Numbered from the stretch's first letter, positions 18,636 through 28,250 are shown. The stretch: DNA of 64,000 bases from Candidatus Moraniibacteriota bacterium (GCA_942490825.1 CALNYG010000005.1:134240-198239); one strand, 5' to 3'. Translations and numbers: made by a program. Notes: generated by a model from the sequence alone, not told the origin.

Positions 18636-19844
18636 CTACAATTTTATTTTTAAATTATTTTTTTCTTTTAACCCTGAAATTATTATTAACCAAAAAATTA
18701 AAGCTAGATCGTTTTTCCAATAAGGTGTATCAAAAATTCCTGTGATCATTATTGTTAAAATAATCAAGAGACAGAAAAAAGCATCTTCATCATTGTCGTT
18801 GCCTTTTTTTATTTTTAAAAACATGTTTATTGTCCAGTAAATAATTATTAAAATAAATAATATTGTAAAAACAAGTCCTCCAGAAAATAAATTCATTAAA
18901 ATAAAATTATGCGGAGTTGGGACTGCCCATTCTGGATAGGGTGAATGAAATTTTTGTTGAGCTAAATATTCATTTTGAAAATCTCCTAAATTGTTTCCAA
19001 TGAATAAATTATTTCTTATTGAATTTAGAGAAACATTATAAATAACTAGTCGAGAACTTCCGGAATTTTTTTGAAAAAAAGTTTCAACATTCGGAATTTT
19101 TTGTTGAATGGAAAAAAAGATTAAGCTTATTGTTAAAAAAATGCTAGCGATAAGAATAAAACTTCGGCGGTAAAAATAAATTAAATAAATATTAATTCCG
19201 ATAAAAACAGCTAGTAGATTAATAATAGAATTAGTTTTAAATAAAATTAATATTCCAGATAAAATTATTCCAGATAAAAATAATTTTTGAGCTATTTTTT
19301 TTGTTCTGTGAAAAAGATTAAAAACTATAAATATCATTGAAGATAAAAACATCGCTAAATGATTTGGAGAAAGATAAAAAGCTTTCAATCGGTGGTCGTA
19401 AGTTAAATCTTTTCTAATCCAGTAAAATAAAGCAATTATTGATGTCGTGAAAAAAATAAAAGTTAAACTTTTTTTTAGAAACAAAACATTTCTCTCATTT
19501 ATTTGTAAATGAATTAAGATGATAAAACTAGTTAAAATCGGAAGAGCAAACCATTCAATAAAAATTCCGTAGGCATGCAAAGTATTTGTTTTCAAAACAG
19601 AAATTAATAAAGTCGCTAAAAGACATAAAACGAGATTACAAAAATATTTGTTTTTTAAATAAGTTTTTTTTAAATTTTTTCGATAAATAAAAATACCAAA
19701 TACAGTTAGTAGCATTTCCGATACGCTTAGTATGCTAAATGAAGTTACAAAAATAGGTATTCGTATTTGATAAAGCGGAATTGAAATAATCGCTAAAAAT
19801 AATAAAATATTTATTGCGTTATTTTGTGTGATAAATTTTTGCAT
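18636..19844 (-). CDS. O-antigen ligase (Wzy_C)-like polytopic membrane protein
   Basis: 402 aa with at least 10 TM helices and a PHNFILMNLFSGGLVF motif near the C-terminus. Confidence 0.6.
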   Translation of the reverse strand: MQKFITQNNAINILLFLAIISIPLYQIRIPIFVTSFSILSVSEMLLTVFGIFIYRKNLKKTYLKNKYFCNLVLCLLATLLISVLKTNTLHAYGIFIEWFALPILTSFIILIHLQINERNVLFLKKSLTFIFFTTSIIALFYWIRKDLTYDHRLKAFYLSPNHLAMFLSSMIFIVFNLFHRTKKIAQKLFLSGIILSGILILFKTNSIINLLAVFIGINIYLIYFYRRSFILIASIFLTISLIFFSIQQKIPNVETFFQKNSGSSRLVIYNVSLNSIRNNLFIGNNLGDFQNEYLAQQKFHSPYPEWAVPTPHNFILMNLFSGGLVFTILFILIIIYWTINMFLKIKKGNDNDEDAFFCLLIILTIMITGIFDTPYWKNDLALIFWLIIISGLKEKNNLKIKL

Positions 19845-19869
19845 AAATTGTACAATTAAAAAAATACTT

Positions 19870-19888
19870 GTGCTCGCCGCACGGGCTT
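19870..19888 (-). repeat. GC-rich 19-mer AAGCCCGTGCGGCGAGCAC (reverse copy)
   Basis: Exact GTGCTCGCCGCACGGGCTT. Confidence 0.8.
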
Positions 19889-19904
19889 TAACAGCCTCTC
19901 CCTT

Positions 19905-20075
19905 ATGTCATACCGGAAGACAGAATTTATTCAAGAGTGTAGCGATTGATTTAAATTCATCTATCCGGTATCTATACTGCAAGTTTAAAGAAAACTTAAA
20001 GTTTAAGATTCCGGATAAATTATTTTCTAATTTTTTGCTACGCTCAAAAAGAAAATATATTTTCCGGAATGACAC
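19905..20075. mobile_element. MITE-like element between the two O-antigen-ligase-like genes
   Basis: ATGTCATACCGGAA ... TTTTCCGGAATGACAC. The internal AAGTTTAAAG/CTTAAAGTTTAAG core matches other copies. Confidence 0.55.
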
Positions 20076-20106
20076 GTCTAGAGCACAGAAATTCTTTGAG
20101 AGAAAA

Positions 20107-21387
20107 TTAAAAATAATTATTATCACCATTTTCATAAAAAGATCCCAACGCAACTATAAAAATAAAAACAGGAAAAATATGGACGGAAAAAATAGGCGTG
20201 TCAAAAATTAAATGTCCCATAAAAATACTTAAACTTATTATAGCAAATTTAGAAAAAGTTTTTTTTCTATTTTTATAAAAAATGATAAAAAGTGATAATA
20301 ATATTCCAATAAATAACAAAAGTCCGATCAATCCCAATTCAACCCAAATGTCTAAATATGTATTATGCACATAAATTGGCATGCGATAATCTGCCAAAGG
20401 ATTGACTACTTTTGGATAAGCTCCTAACCCGACGCCAAAAAATAAATTATTTTCTATAACTTTCCAAGCGTCTGCCAAAATTTCTAATCTTTGATTAACT
20501 GAATTATCTGATTGATCAAAAGAAGATTGAAATCTGTTTACAAAAAAATTATTGGGAATAAATAAAATTAAAATAAATAAAATTATTAAAAGTGTCGCTA
20601 GATGTTTATAAAATATTTTTAAATGACTCCAGAATAAAATTATTGCAACTATAAATCCAGTTATTAAACCAAAGTATCCTCCGCGAGTGAAAGTTAATAA
20701 ATCTGCTAAAATTATTACAAAAAATCCGACAAGCCAGAAATTATTTTTTGTTTTTGAAAATAAGGCGAGAGCGAAGGAGATTGTTAAACCGCAATAAAAT
20801 GAAAAAATATGTGGATCAGGAAAAAAAGCAGTGGCTCGAATTAAATCTTTTCCAGCAACATTAACCAGCCAACTATTATATTCAATAACTGCTTCGGAAA
20901 ATGAATTGCCGAGAAAAAATGGTGCGATGGAAGTCCAGATGTTTAAAATTGTATTTAAGCCAAAAATGAATTGTGCAAAAAATTGAGCGATTCCTATGAA
21001 TGATGTAACGATTGCTCCGGCGACTAAATATTTTATCAGCGAGTCTATTTTATTTTCTTTTTTAGCGTAGTTTAAAGCATTGGAAAATACTAAAAATATA
21101 ATCCCGATGGAAACTAGAAATATTATTTTTCGTAATGTCCAGCTGAGAACTGGTGTATAGAATATTGAAAAGGTTGTCCAGAAGATGAATAGGAAACTGA
21201 ATAGGGCGACAAATCCTTTGGGGATAATTAGGTTTTTTTTGTATAGGGCGACGGTTAGGTAGATTAAAAACAGGGCTATTATTGCTAGGCGAATAATGGC
21301 TAGGTCGATGGTACTTCCGATGTTGAGGGCGAATTGGAAGGGGATTAGGAAGAGAATAAATTGTGTTAGGTTTTGGAGGAGTTTCAT
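20107..21387 (-). CDS. O-antigen ligase family membrane protein
   Basis: 426 aa. TRGGYFGLITGF and HNTYLDIWVELGLIGLLLF motifs are typical of the Wzy_C domain. Confidence 0.75.
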   Translation of the reverse strand: MKLLQNLTQFILFLIPFQFALNIGSTIDLAIIRLAIIALFLIYLTVALYKKNLIIPKGFVALFSFLFIFWTTFSIFYTPVLSWTLRKIIFLVSIGIIFLVFSNALNYAKKENKIDSLIKYLVAGAIVTSFIGIAQFFAQFIFGLNTILNIWTSIAPFFLGNSFSEAVIEYNSWLVNVAGKDLIRATAFFPDPHIFSFYCGLTISFALALFSKTKNNFWLVGFFVIILADLLTFTRGGYFGLITGFIVAIILFWSHLKIFYKHLATLLIILFILILFIPNNFFVNRFQSSFDQSDNSVNQRLEILADAWKVIENNLFFGVGLGAYPKVVNPLADYRMPIYVHNTYLDIWVELGLIGLLLFIGILLSLFIIFYKNRKKTFSKFAIISLSIFMGHLIFDTPIFSVHIFPVFIFIVALGSFYENGDNNYF

Positions 21388-21430
21388 TAGTAACAGAATT
21401 GAGATTAATATCTCTTTAGTGTAACAACAT

Positions 21431-21459
21431 TTGACTTTTTTGGGAAACTATGCTAAAAT
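21431..21459 (+). promoter_or_regulatory. Sigma70-type promoter TTGACT-17-TAAAAT (TG at -15/-14)
   Basis: Spacing counted directly. It precedes the orphan ORF at 21543. Confidence 0.5.
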
Positions 21460-21542
21460 TTAGAGTTGGATTTAATAATCCATGTGCATAGCATTTAAAT
21501 ACAAGACTTAATTTTAAGTTGAAAATCAGAGAGGAAATAAAG

Positions 21543-21875
21543 ATGAGTAAGAAAATTAGCAAGGAAAAAGCACAAACTGCTGTAAACTCGCTAGAAGGTT
21601 CAGTTAATGAGTTACTCGAAGAAATAACCGTTTTATTAACCGCTTTCTATGAAGGAGATCCGCGTAGAGACATGGAATTAATAGGAGATTTCATTACTCA
21701 AAAAAGAGAAGAGGGTGAGGTTAATATGAATAGAACAGAGGCTCTTTTCGATTACCTTTGTTCATTGACTGAGCAGGTTGCAAGAACGCAAAATACCATC
21801 GCTGATCTCTCAATCAGAAAAAGAAAAAGGTGTTTTAGGAGAATGAAAAAGAGTCTGAAAGATTTTCCAGATTGA
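21543..21875 (+). CDS. Hypothetical small protein (orphan)
   Basis: The ATG at 21543 is preceded by GAGAGGAAATAAAG. The product is 110 aa with no recognised motif. It is a lone plus-strand gene between minus-strand genes. Confidence 0.5.
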   Translation: MSKKISKEKAQTAVNSLEGSVNELLEEITVLLTAFYEGDPRRDMELIGDFITQKREEGEVNMNRTEALFDYLCSLTEQVARTQNTIADLSIRKRKRCFRRMKKSLKDFPD

Positions 21876-21935
21876 TAATGTTTTATCACTAAAAATGCTA
21901 TGGATTGACCGTGGAAATTATTCTGCGGTCTTTTT

Positions 21936-22725
21936 TTACTTAAAAATCCCCCGAAAAAATCTCAAGACCCAACCTTGCCATTTCCTAAAATGCTTAGCAA
22001 AAAAATAATCCTGCGATTTATAATACTCAACCTTTTGCAATTTCTCTTCCGACCAACTCTTACCACCCCAATGGAAAACCTCACTCAAAGGAAAATAAAA
22101 AATTTCAGCTCCAACACTTTTTAACCGCAAACACAAATCCTGATCCTCAAAATACATAAAAAAATTATCATCAAAACCATTCAAATCATTAAATAATTTT
22201 TTCTCAACAATCATTGCACAACCACTAGCCCAATCAACCTGCGTAACATTATTATTTATCCAAGGTTTTTTTTGTAAATTTATTTCTAGAGATAATATTA
22301 AACAAAGAAGTTTTATAACCACATGACCAATCCTGAACTTCACTATTTTTAATATCTAAAACCTTTAAACCTAAAATTTTATTTTTATTTTCCTCACTTT
22401 TTAAAAAATCAATAATCTCAATAAATGAATTATTTCTAAATTCAGTGTCTGGATTAAGAAAAAACAAATATTTTCCTTTAGATATCTTTGATCCCTTATT
22501 ATTAGCATCGCCAAATCCTAGATTTGCATCATTTTCTAAAATTTTTAATTCAAATTTAAAGTCATTTTTTAAATCTAACTTGTTCTTATCATTATTAACC
22601 ACAAGCACTTCAAAGTCATCTTGTAAAACAGGTGTTATAAACCGATCAACACTTTTTAAGCATTGATTTAAAAAGTTTAAACTCTTATAATTAACTATAA
22701 TAATAGAAATAAATTTTTGAGACAT
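21936..22725 (-). pseudogene. Family-2 glycosyltransferase split by a frameshift in an A8 tract
   Basis: The N-terminal ORF (22252-22725) has IIIVNYKS...NPDTEF. The C-terminal ORF (21936-22343) has VDWASGCAMIV...FMYFEDQDLCLR. The two frames join if the A8 run (plus-strand T8 at 22266-22273) were A7. Confidence 0.75.
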
Positions 22726-22734
22726 TCTTTTAAG

Positions 22735-22892
22735 ATGTCACTCTGAACAGAATAATTTTTATTTCATAAAAATATGCAACGAATAATCCTAATAAATTTT
22801 TCGATAACTTATTGTTTTCTTTGAGAAATTCCTATCTATTGTACAACAAGCGAATTTCTTTTTACAAAAATTTTATTACACTCAGAATAACG
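22735..22892. mobile_element. Degenerate MITE-like element (ATGTCACTCTGAAC ... CACTCAGAATAACG)
   Basis: The ends resemble the family TIRs with mismatches. Confidence 0.35.
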
Positions 22893-22912
22893 ATAAATAT
22901 AACTAAATTAAC

Positions 22913-24340
22913 CTACTTTTTCAATAAAAGCTGTTTAATTTCTTCCTTGGAAATAGCTTTAGACAAAAACAAAGCTGAGAAGTAAATTATAACTGCTAAA
23001 ACTACATCAAGATATAAATTTAGTGGTGAAAAATAATAAACACAAAACATTATTATTCCAGCAAAAAAAATTGAGTAAATTTTTGACATATCAATTTTAT
23101 AAATATTATTTCTTGCCAATACCCAAAGTGAAATAGCCACAACTAAGAATTCAGTTACAACTGAAATATAAGCAGCTGCCATATAAGAATATTTAGGTAT
23201 AAAAATAATATTTAAAGATAAATTAAAAATTGCCATTAAAACTAAAATTTTCATTAAGGCAGCTTGTTTTCTTACAGCAATTAATAGATTTGTGAAAAGT
23301 TGACCAAAAAATATAAAGGCTAAAGCCAGGATTAAAACCCTCAAAGCGCTTCCTGATCTTAAAAATGCTAGCCCTCCAATTGCAGTTACAACTTCATCAG
23401 CTAGAAACTGAACACTGATAACCATTGGAATAGTTAATATTATAAAAAATTTAAAAGTACTATTGACTGCCTTATTAAAATTATTTTTATTTTCTTTAAA
23501 ATAACGTGAAAAAAGAGGGAACACTAAACCAATTACCATAGAGGGAAAAAATACCAAAGTTTCAATTAATCTATATGCAAAACCGTAAACACCAACCTGA
23601 TCATCGTTTTGATAATGTTTCAAAATAAGCGTATCAAATTTAAAATACATAAAAGTAGCGATTGCCCCTATTCCTAAAGGAGCTGATTTTTTCAAAAATT
23701 TCTTCCAATAATCAAAGTCCCAATCAAATTCAATCTTAACGAACTTAGTTACGAAAATATTTACCAATATAAAATTAACAATCATTGCAGCTAAAATATA
23801 AACCAGAGAAAACAAAAGTCCCTTATCAAATTTGACAACTAAGAATATAACGATAGCCTGAGTTACTTTTCCAATCAATTCTGCAAAAGCCACTTTGTCC
23901 ATTGCCAAATGTTTCTGAAATAATCCATTCAGCAATCCATAACTAGATGAAAATAAAAATGACACTCCTATAATTAAGATCCCCAATTGAATTTCTTTAG
24001 TATAGTTTAAAAAACCTACAGAAACTAAAAAAGGAATTAGTATAACAAAAAAAAGAAAACAAACTATTGAAACAATAACTCGTAAAGTAAAAATTTTATT
24101 TATAATTAAATTTTCGTCAGCATCTTTTTTGGAAATCTCTCTGGTCATTAAAGGATAAATACCCAAATCACTAAAAGCCACAAAAAGCGCTAAATATTGA
24201 AATATAGTAGTATACTTTCCATAATCTTCCGTTCCTAAATAACGTGATAAAATACCTATGCTAAAAAAGGCTATTCCTAGTGAAATAACCTTAGAGATTC
24301 CGTTAAAAACTACATTGTAAGCAACTTTTCTAGCTATCAT
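22913..24340 (-). CDS. Polysaccharide flippase (MOP/Wzx-type)
   Basis: 475 aa with about 14 TM helices and a typical N-terminal region (VVFNGISKVISLGIAFFSIGILSRYLGTEDYG). Confidence 0.75.
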   Translation of the reverse strand: MIARKVAYNVVFNGISKVISLGIAFFSIGILSRYLGTEDYGKYTTIFQYLALFVAFSDLGIYPLMTREISKKDADENLIINKIFTLRVIVSIVCFLFFVILIPFLVSVGFLNYTKEIQLGILIIGVSFLFSSSYGLLNGLFQKHLAMDKVAFAELIGKVTQAIVIFLVVKFDKGLLFSLVYILAAMIVNFILVNIFVTKFVKIEFDWDFDYWKKFLKKSAPLGIGAIATFMYFKFDTLILKHYQNDDQVGVYGFAYRLIETLVFFPSMVIGLVFPLFSRYFKENKNNFNKAVNSTFKFFIILTIPMVISVQFLADEVVTAIGGLAFLRSGSALRVLILALAFIFFGQLFTNLLIAVRKQAALMKILVLMAIFNLSLNIIFIPKYSYMAAAYISVVTEFLVVAISLWVLARNNIYKIDMSKIYSIFFAGIIMFCVYYFSPLNLYLDVVLAVIIYFSALFLSKAISKEEIKQLLLKK

Positions 24341-24822
24341 AAAGACTCCATAATGCCTCGTGGCTTGATAACAATCTTTCTTTCTTCACCTTCACCAACA
24401 CTTTCTGTCATAACTCGATTATCATCTTCTAAAAATACGTGTACGTTTCTTCGTTCAAAAGCATTCATTGGTTTTAATACTTGAGGCTTTTTCTCACGCG
24501 CTACTCTGTCAGCAATTTCTAATACTAGCCTTTGCGTATTATTTTTTTTACTTTCACGATAATCATTTATATCTAATAAAAGTCTTTCTCGGATACCTTT
24601 TTTAAAAGTAATCATTCTTAAAATATGTTCTAGAGCTTGAAGGGTGGCACCATGTTGTCCAATAATAAAATTTGAATCTTCTTTTATTTCAATTTTGCAA
24701 TTAATATTTGTAGACTCAGATCTAGAATCAGAACTTTCAGAAATTACACATTCACCTTCAAATCCCATTAAATCAAAAACTTTCTCGACACTTTCTTTAA
24801 CAATTTTTTTAGTATCAGTCAT
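24337..24822 (-). CDS. jag: Jag/KhpB RNA-binding protein (KH + R3H)
   Basis: 161 aa. It has GQHGATLQALEHILR (KH-like) and FERRNVHVFL (R3H). It lies downstream of yidC, as in the canonical origin-region operon. Confidence 0.8.
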   Translation of the reverse strand: MTDTKKIVKESVEKVFDLMGFEGECVISESSDSRSESTNINCKIEIKEDSNFIIGQHGATLQALEHILRMITFKKGIRERLLLDINDYRESKKNNTQRLVLEIADRVAREKKPQVLKPMNAFERRNVHVFLEDDNRVMTESVGEGEERKIVIKPRGIMESL

Positions 24823-24872
24823 AAATCTTTTGCTTTTATCGGATTAATTTAATTATAATTTTTATAAAAGTA

Positions 24873-25622
24873 TTATTTATTTTCAATATCTTTTTCATCT
24901 TTATTCATAACCACCCATTGTTGTGCAATGGTGAATAGAGTAGAAGTCAACCAGTAAAGTGCTAGTCCAGCAGGAAATTGTATTCCCATAAATAAAGTCA
25001 TCATTGGAATAACTATTAACATTTGCTTTGACATCATAGCAGCCATATCAGGAGAACCATCTTTTTTAGGCTCAGCAACAGTTTTAGTTTTCTCGTTTTT
25101 CTGTTGCATCATCTTAATCTGATAGTATTGAAAGGCAGCCGTAACAATAGCTAAAAAATAGTTTTTTGTTTTAGATAAATCTAAAAATCCTAAAAACATT
25201 CTCCCCACATTTTCAGAATGAGAAACAAAAGAATACAAACTTTCGAGATGCACTTGAAAATCATCAACTTGAGTTAAATTTCGAATGATACGATACATAG
25301 TTATAAAAACTACCATTTGAATAATCAAAGGTAGGCAACCAGCAGCAGGATTTATTTTATGCTCTTTGTACAACTTCATCATTTCCTTTGACTGCGTTTC
25401 TTTGTCATTTTTGTATTTTACTTGAAGCTCTTTGATTTTTGGCTGTACTTTCTGTAATTCTTTTTGCGAAGTAATTTGTTTCTTTGAAAGAGGTATAAAC
25501 AAAAGCTTAATTATCACAGTTAAAGCAATAATAGCTAAACCCAGATCATTTCCCAAAATGGAATATAAAAAGATCAGTAGATTATAAATAGGTTGATAAA
25601 TAATAGCATTGAAAAATTCCAT
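24873..25622 (-). CDS. yidC: Membrane protein insertase YidC (short Gram-positive type)
   Basis: 249 aa. LSKKQITSQKELQKVQPKIKELQVKYKNDKETQSKEMMKLYKEHKINPAAGCLPLIIQ is the conserved YidC/Oxa1 core. Confidence 0.9.
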   Translation of the reverse strand: MEFFNAIIYQPIYNLLIFLYSILGNDLGLAIIALTVIIKLLFIPLSKKQITSQKELQKVQPKIKELQVKYKNDKETQSKEMMKLYKEHKINPAAGCLPLIIQMVVFITMYRIIRNLTQVDDFQVHLESLYSFVSHSENVGRMFLGFLDLSKTKNYFLAIVTAAFQYYQIKMMQQKNEKTKTVAEPKKDGSPDMAAMMSKQMLIVIPMMTLFMGIQFPAGLALYWLTSTLFTIAQQWVVMNKDEKDIENK

Positions 25623-25709
25623 ATTTGATTAATTTATTGGTTAATTTTATTTAATAATGTTGCAAGTTAATATGTTAATTATGCACTTTAATTGAGGTAT
25701 AGTCAATGT

Positions 25710-25738
25710 TTGACTACTTTTATTTTTTTTGTTAAATT
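25710..25738 (+). promoter_or_regulatory. Promoter TTGACT-17-TAAATT
   Basis: Spacing counted directly. It lies about 70 nt upstream of the orphan ORF at 25807. Confidence 0.4.
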
Positions 25739-25806
25739 AAGGTTTCTTTACTAAAGGAGCGGTAGAGAAGCAGTTCTTTATTTTAAGCTCTAAAAATGAG
25801 GGTGTC

Positions 25807-26184
25807 ATGAGTGAAATAAAAGTCATCATTAATGAACAGGGGAAGCCAGAAGTAAAAGGTTTACCTGAAGGTTTCGAGATTCTTGTGTTAGCTTCGGAAT
25901 CTCATGAAGACGATTTTATTCTCGTAATAGGAAGAGTAACGCTACCAAGAGTTTACGCTATACGGAATAAGAAGGCGAGAGAGAATGCTCGACTTTATTT
26001 TGGTAAAAAAGATGAGGTAATGGAACAGGTGGTTATCACTAAAGCAATTAGGTTGGTTCATTCAAGAACAATTAAGTATGATTTATATCTAAATGTTTTC
26101 TGGGATGTAGATAATAGCAAGAGAGTTAAGATTGGACCAGAATTTAACGAAGTGACGGTGTCATACGTTCATCAAATTCAGTAA
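25807..26184 (+). CDS. Hypothetical small protein (orphan)
   Basis: 125 aa, RBS GAGGGTGTC-ATG, followed by a strong terminator. No motif recognised. Confidence 0.55.
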   Translation: MSEIKVIINEQGKPEVKGLPEGFEILVLASESHEDDFILVIGRVTLPRVYAIRNKKARENARLYFGKKDEVMEQVVITKAIRLVHSRTIKYDLYLNVFWDVDNSKRVKIGPEFNEVTVSYVHQIQ

Positions 26185-26192
26185 CGTAAAAA

Positions 26193-26236
26193 AGCGACGG
26201 TCTCATCAGTTGAGAGACCGTCGCTTCAAATTTTTT
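26193..26236. terminator. Bidirectional intrinsic terminator
   Basis: AGCGACGGTCTC-atcagttg-GAGACCGTCGCT followed by TCAAATTTTTT. Confidence 0.85.
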
Positions 26237-27005
26237 AATGAGAATGCCCAAGTAAATGCAAAATCAAAAACATAAATAAAGCTCCAAAAATAAGAAGGCT
26301 TATATGAACAACTTTAGAGTCACTTTCTTTTTTCTTAAGACTATGAGGAATTAGATCAACTATTACTGTATTAAAGAATATTCCTGATGTTATTCCAATA
26401 ATAATACCGTTTATCATTTTCGTATTAGAAAACAAAAATCCTATTGCAATACCAATAATAATTGTTAGAGAAATTAAAAAATTATAAAATAAAGCTTTTT
26501 TAGTGGAAAAACCAGCTTCCTTTAAAACAAAAAATTCTGAAACTTCTTGTAAAAATTCATGAATAATCATGGAAATTGAAACAGCAATTCCTAAATGAAG
26601 GCTAGTTAAAAAACTAGTTGCTAAAATTATTCCATCGCCCATGTTGTGAAAACCATCTCCAATTAATATTTTTTTAGCTTCTATTTTATTTTTATGTAAG
26701 TGATCACAACAAGAATCATGATGTTCGTGAATCTGAGGAAACATTTTGGTTATTATCATAATTCCGACAAATCCTACTGCAAAAGACAGGATTGCATATT
26801 GAAAGTTGTCTAAAATATGTTCAGATTCATGAAACATTTGATAAGCTATTGAAGCAAATACTCCAGCGGAAAAAGAAATTAGATAATGTAAGTTTCTGTC
26901 GAGAAATTTTTTTAGGTTTTTTTGAACAAAAAAAACACCTGACATTGAAACAGCGATTATTAACAATGTTGTTATTGCTAAATAAAGGAGTGCGTTGGAA
27001 TCCAT
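26235..27005 (-). CDS. zupT: ZIP-family divalent metal (zinc) transporter
   Basis: 256 aa with HNMGDGI and HEFLQEVSEF motifs and a His-rich loop (HEHHDSCCDHLH). Confidence 0.8.
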   Translation of the reverse strand: MDSNALLYLAITTLLIIAVSMSGVFFVQKNLKKFLDRNLHYLISFSAGVFASIAYQMFHESEHILDNFQYAILSFAVGFVGIMIITKMFPQIHEHHDSCCDHLHKNKIEAKKILIGDGFHNMGDGIILATSFLTSLHLGIAVSISMIIHEFLQEVSEFFVLKEAGFSTKKALFYNFLISLTIIIGIAIGFLFSNTKMINGIIIGITSGIFFNTVIVDLIPHSLKKKESDSKVVHISLLIFGALFMFLILHLLGHSH

Positions 27006-27153
27006 ATTTTAATAATTAATTTAATTATAGTTTCATTTTAGCAAATTGTAGCAAAGAAATCTAGTTTGATGTGTTGACTTTTCGCAAAACTTTTCGTTCA
27101 TCTCCTGAACAAGTAAAAGGTATTAACCCTACAAATTTAGCAACCCCTCCCGA

Positions 27154-27334
27154 CATGTCATTCCGGAAATTTTTTAGGTTTTTTGTAAAAAAATTTAAAA
27201 ATTATCCGGAATCTAGGAAACTTTAAGATTAATGATAAAGTTTAAGTTAAATATCAAATATAATAAAAACGTTATGGAACTAGTTGTAAAACTGGTTCCT
27301 GCAATAGTTTATCTCAAATTTTTCAGGATGACAT
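27154..27334. mobile_element. MITE-like element
   Basis: CATGTCATTCCGGAA ... TTTCAGGATGACAT. It contains the GGAACTAGTT-gtaa-AACTGGTTCC hairpin. Confidence 0.55.
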
Positions 27335-27395
27335 GAATTAAAGTTTTGTGATTTTCTGTAGGAGATTCCTGTCTACTGACAGATACAAAAATTAC

Positions 27396-27540
27396 AGAGT
27401 TAGTTCAATCGTCCTCGATTGAACTGTTTTTTATTTCAAACTTTAAATTTTATAAAAATAATAAAAAGTTAAAGTAAGCTTTAAATCTTTTGAGTAGAGT
27501 ATGAAAATAAAGGTTCAATCTACAAGATTGAACCAACTCT
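27396..27540 (+). repeat. 145-bp twin-hairpin element, copy A
   Basis: AGAGTTAGTTCAATCG-tcct-CGATTGAAC ... about 95 nt AT-rich ... GGTTCAATCT-aca-AGATTGAACCAACTCT. Near-identical to the copy at 29913. Confidence 0.8.
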
Positions 27541-27545
27541 TTTAA

Positions 27546-27562
27546 AAGCTCGTGCGGCGAGC
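27546..27562 (+). repeat. 19-mer variant AAGCTCGTGCGGCGAGC
   Basis: One mismatch to the consensus. Followed by the GC hairpin CCTGCCTATGTCGGCAGACAG. Confidence 0.7.
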
Positions 27563-27595
27563 CTGCCTATGTCGGCAGACAGACACAAGAATTAT

Positions 27596-28183
27596 TTAAA
27601 CTTTTCTTTTTCTCAAATTCAAAATAAAAGCAGTAATCGTTACAATTGTAATTATAACCATTGCCCATAAAGAAAGCTTACTTTCCAAATTATAAGTCTC
27701 ATAAATTCCAGCGGAATAAAAATAGACATACGCCAATCTCTGAATCCTTTTCCAATTCCGTTTCAGCAAAATCATCGAAAAATTATTCGAAGTCACTAAA
27801 AGAATCAATCCCGTAATATCACTCAAATGTGCAAAGAAAATATAATTTTTAAATGACCAATATTCCAGCGTAAAAATAGACAAAAGATAATTTGAATGTA
27901 GAGGAATAATTTTTCCAAACATAAAACCAATAATAATTGACGCAGAAAAAATCCCAAAACTTTTACGCAAAATCACCAGCTTTCTCAACCAAAGTTGCTT
28001 TCTAAAAATATCAGCCAGCGGACGAATTAACATCACAAGAAAAACCGCACCAAAAGATATCCTATACAAAACACTCGTCAAAAAAATATTTTCATCACCA
28101 AAAGCAGTCCACAAAGGCAAAAAGGAAATAATCAATAAAGACACTCCGATAATAAAATTTTGAAATATGCGTAAAGTTTTCAT
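27596..28183 (-). CDS. Ferric-reductase-like (MsrQ/YedZ-type) transmembrane protein
   Basis: 195 aa with 5-6 TM helices. Contains LIRPLADIF and FAHLSDITG...IQRLAYVY patterns. The neighbouring ApbE gene fits a flavin/heme membrane redox module. Confidence 0.5.
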   Translation of the reverse strand: MKTLRIFQNFIIGVSLLIISFLPLWTAFGDENIFLTSVLYRISFGAVFLVMLIRPLADIFRKQLWLRKLVILRKSFGIFSASIIIGFMFGKIIPLHSNYLLSIFTLEYWSFKNYIFFAHLSDITGLILLVTSNNFSMILLKRNWKRIQRLAYVYFYSAGIYETYNLESKLSLWAMVIITIVTITAFILNLRKRKV

Positions 28184-28210
28184 AGTTTGATAATTAGATT
28201 TAAAAAGATA

Positions 28211-28239
28211 GTAGTAAACGGTTTGAAACCGTTTACTAC
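28211..28239. repeat. Perfect hairpin GTAGTAAACGGTT-tga-AACCGTTTACTAC
   Basis: 13-bp stem, related to GTAGGGAACGGTTTGAAACCGTTCCCTAC at 63339. It may terminate apbE on the minus strand. Confidence 0.7.
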
Positions 28240-28250
28240 CAAAAGATTTT

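Noticed and set aside
19828-20211. ORFs 19828-20211 and 19908-20153 between the two O-antigen-ligase genes, and likewise 29719-29925 and 63219-63497.
   Set aside because: They run through the 19-mer, MITE-like and hairpin repeats. Their 'peptides' (for example LAARA, VGNGLKPFPT) are translations of the repeats themselves.
27401-27423. tRNA-like T-arm resemblance of GGTTCAATC in the twin-hairpin elements.
   Set aside because: The motif pairs with its own complement 3-4 nt away. There is no acceptor, D or anticodon arm.
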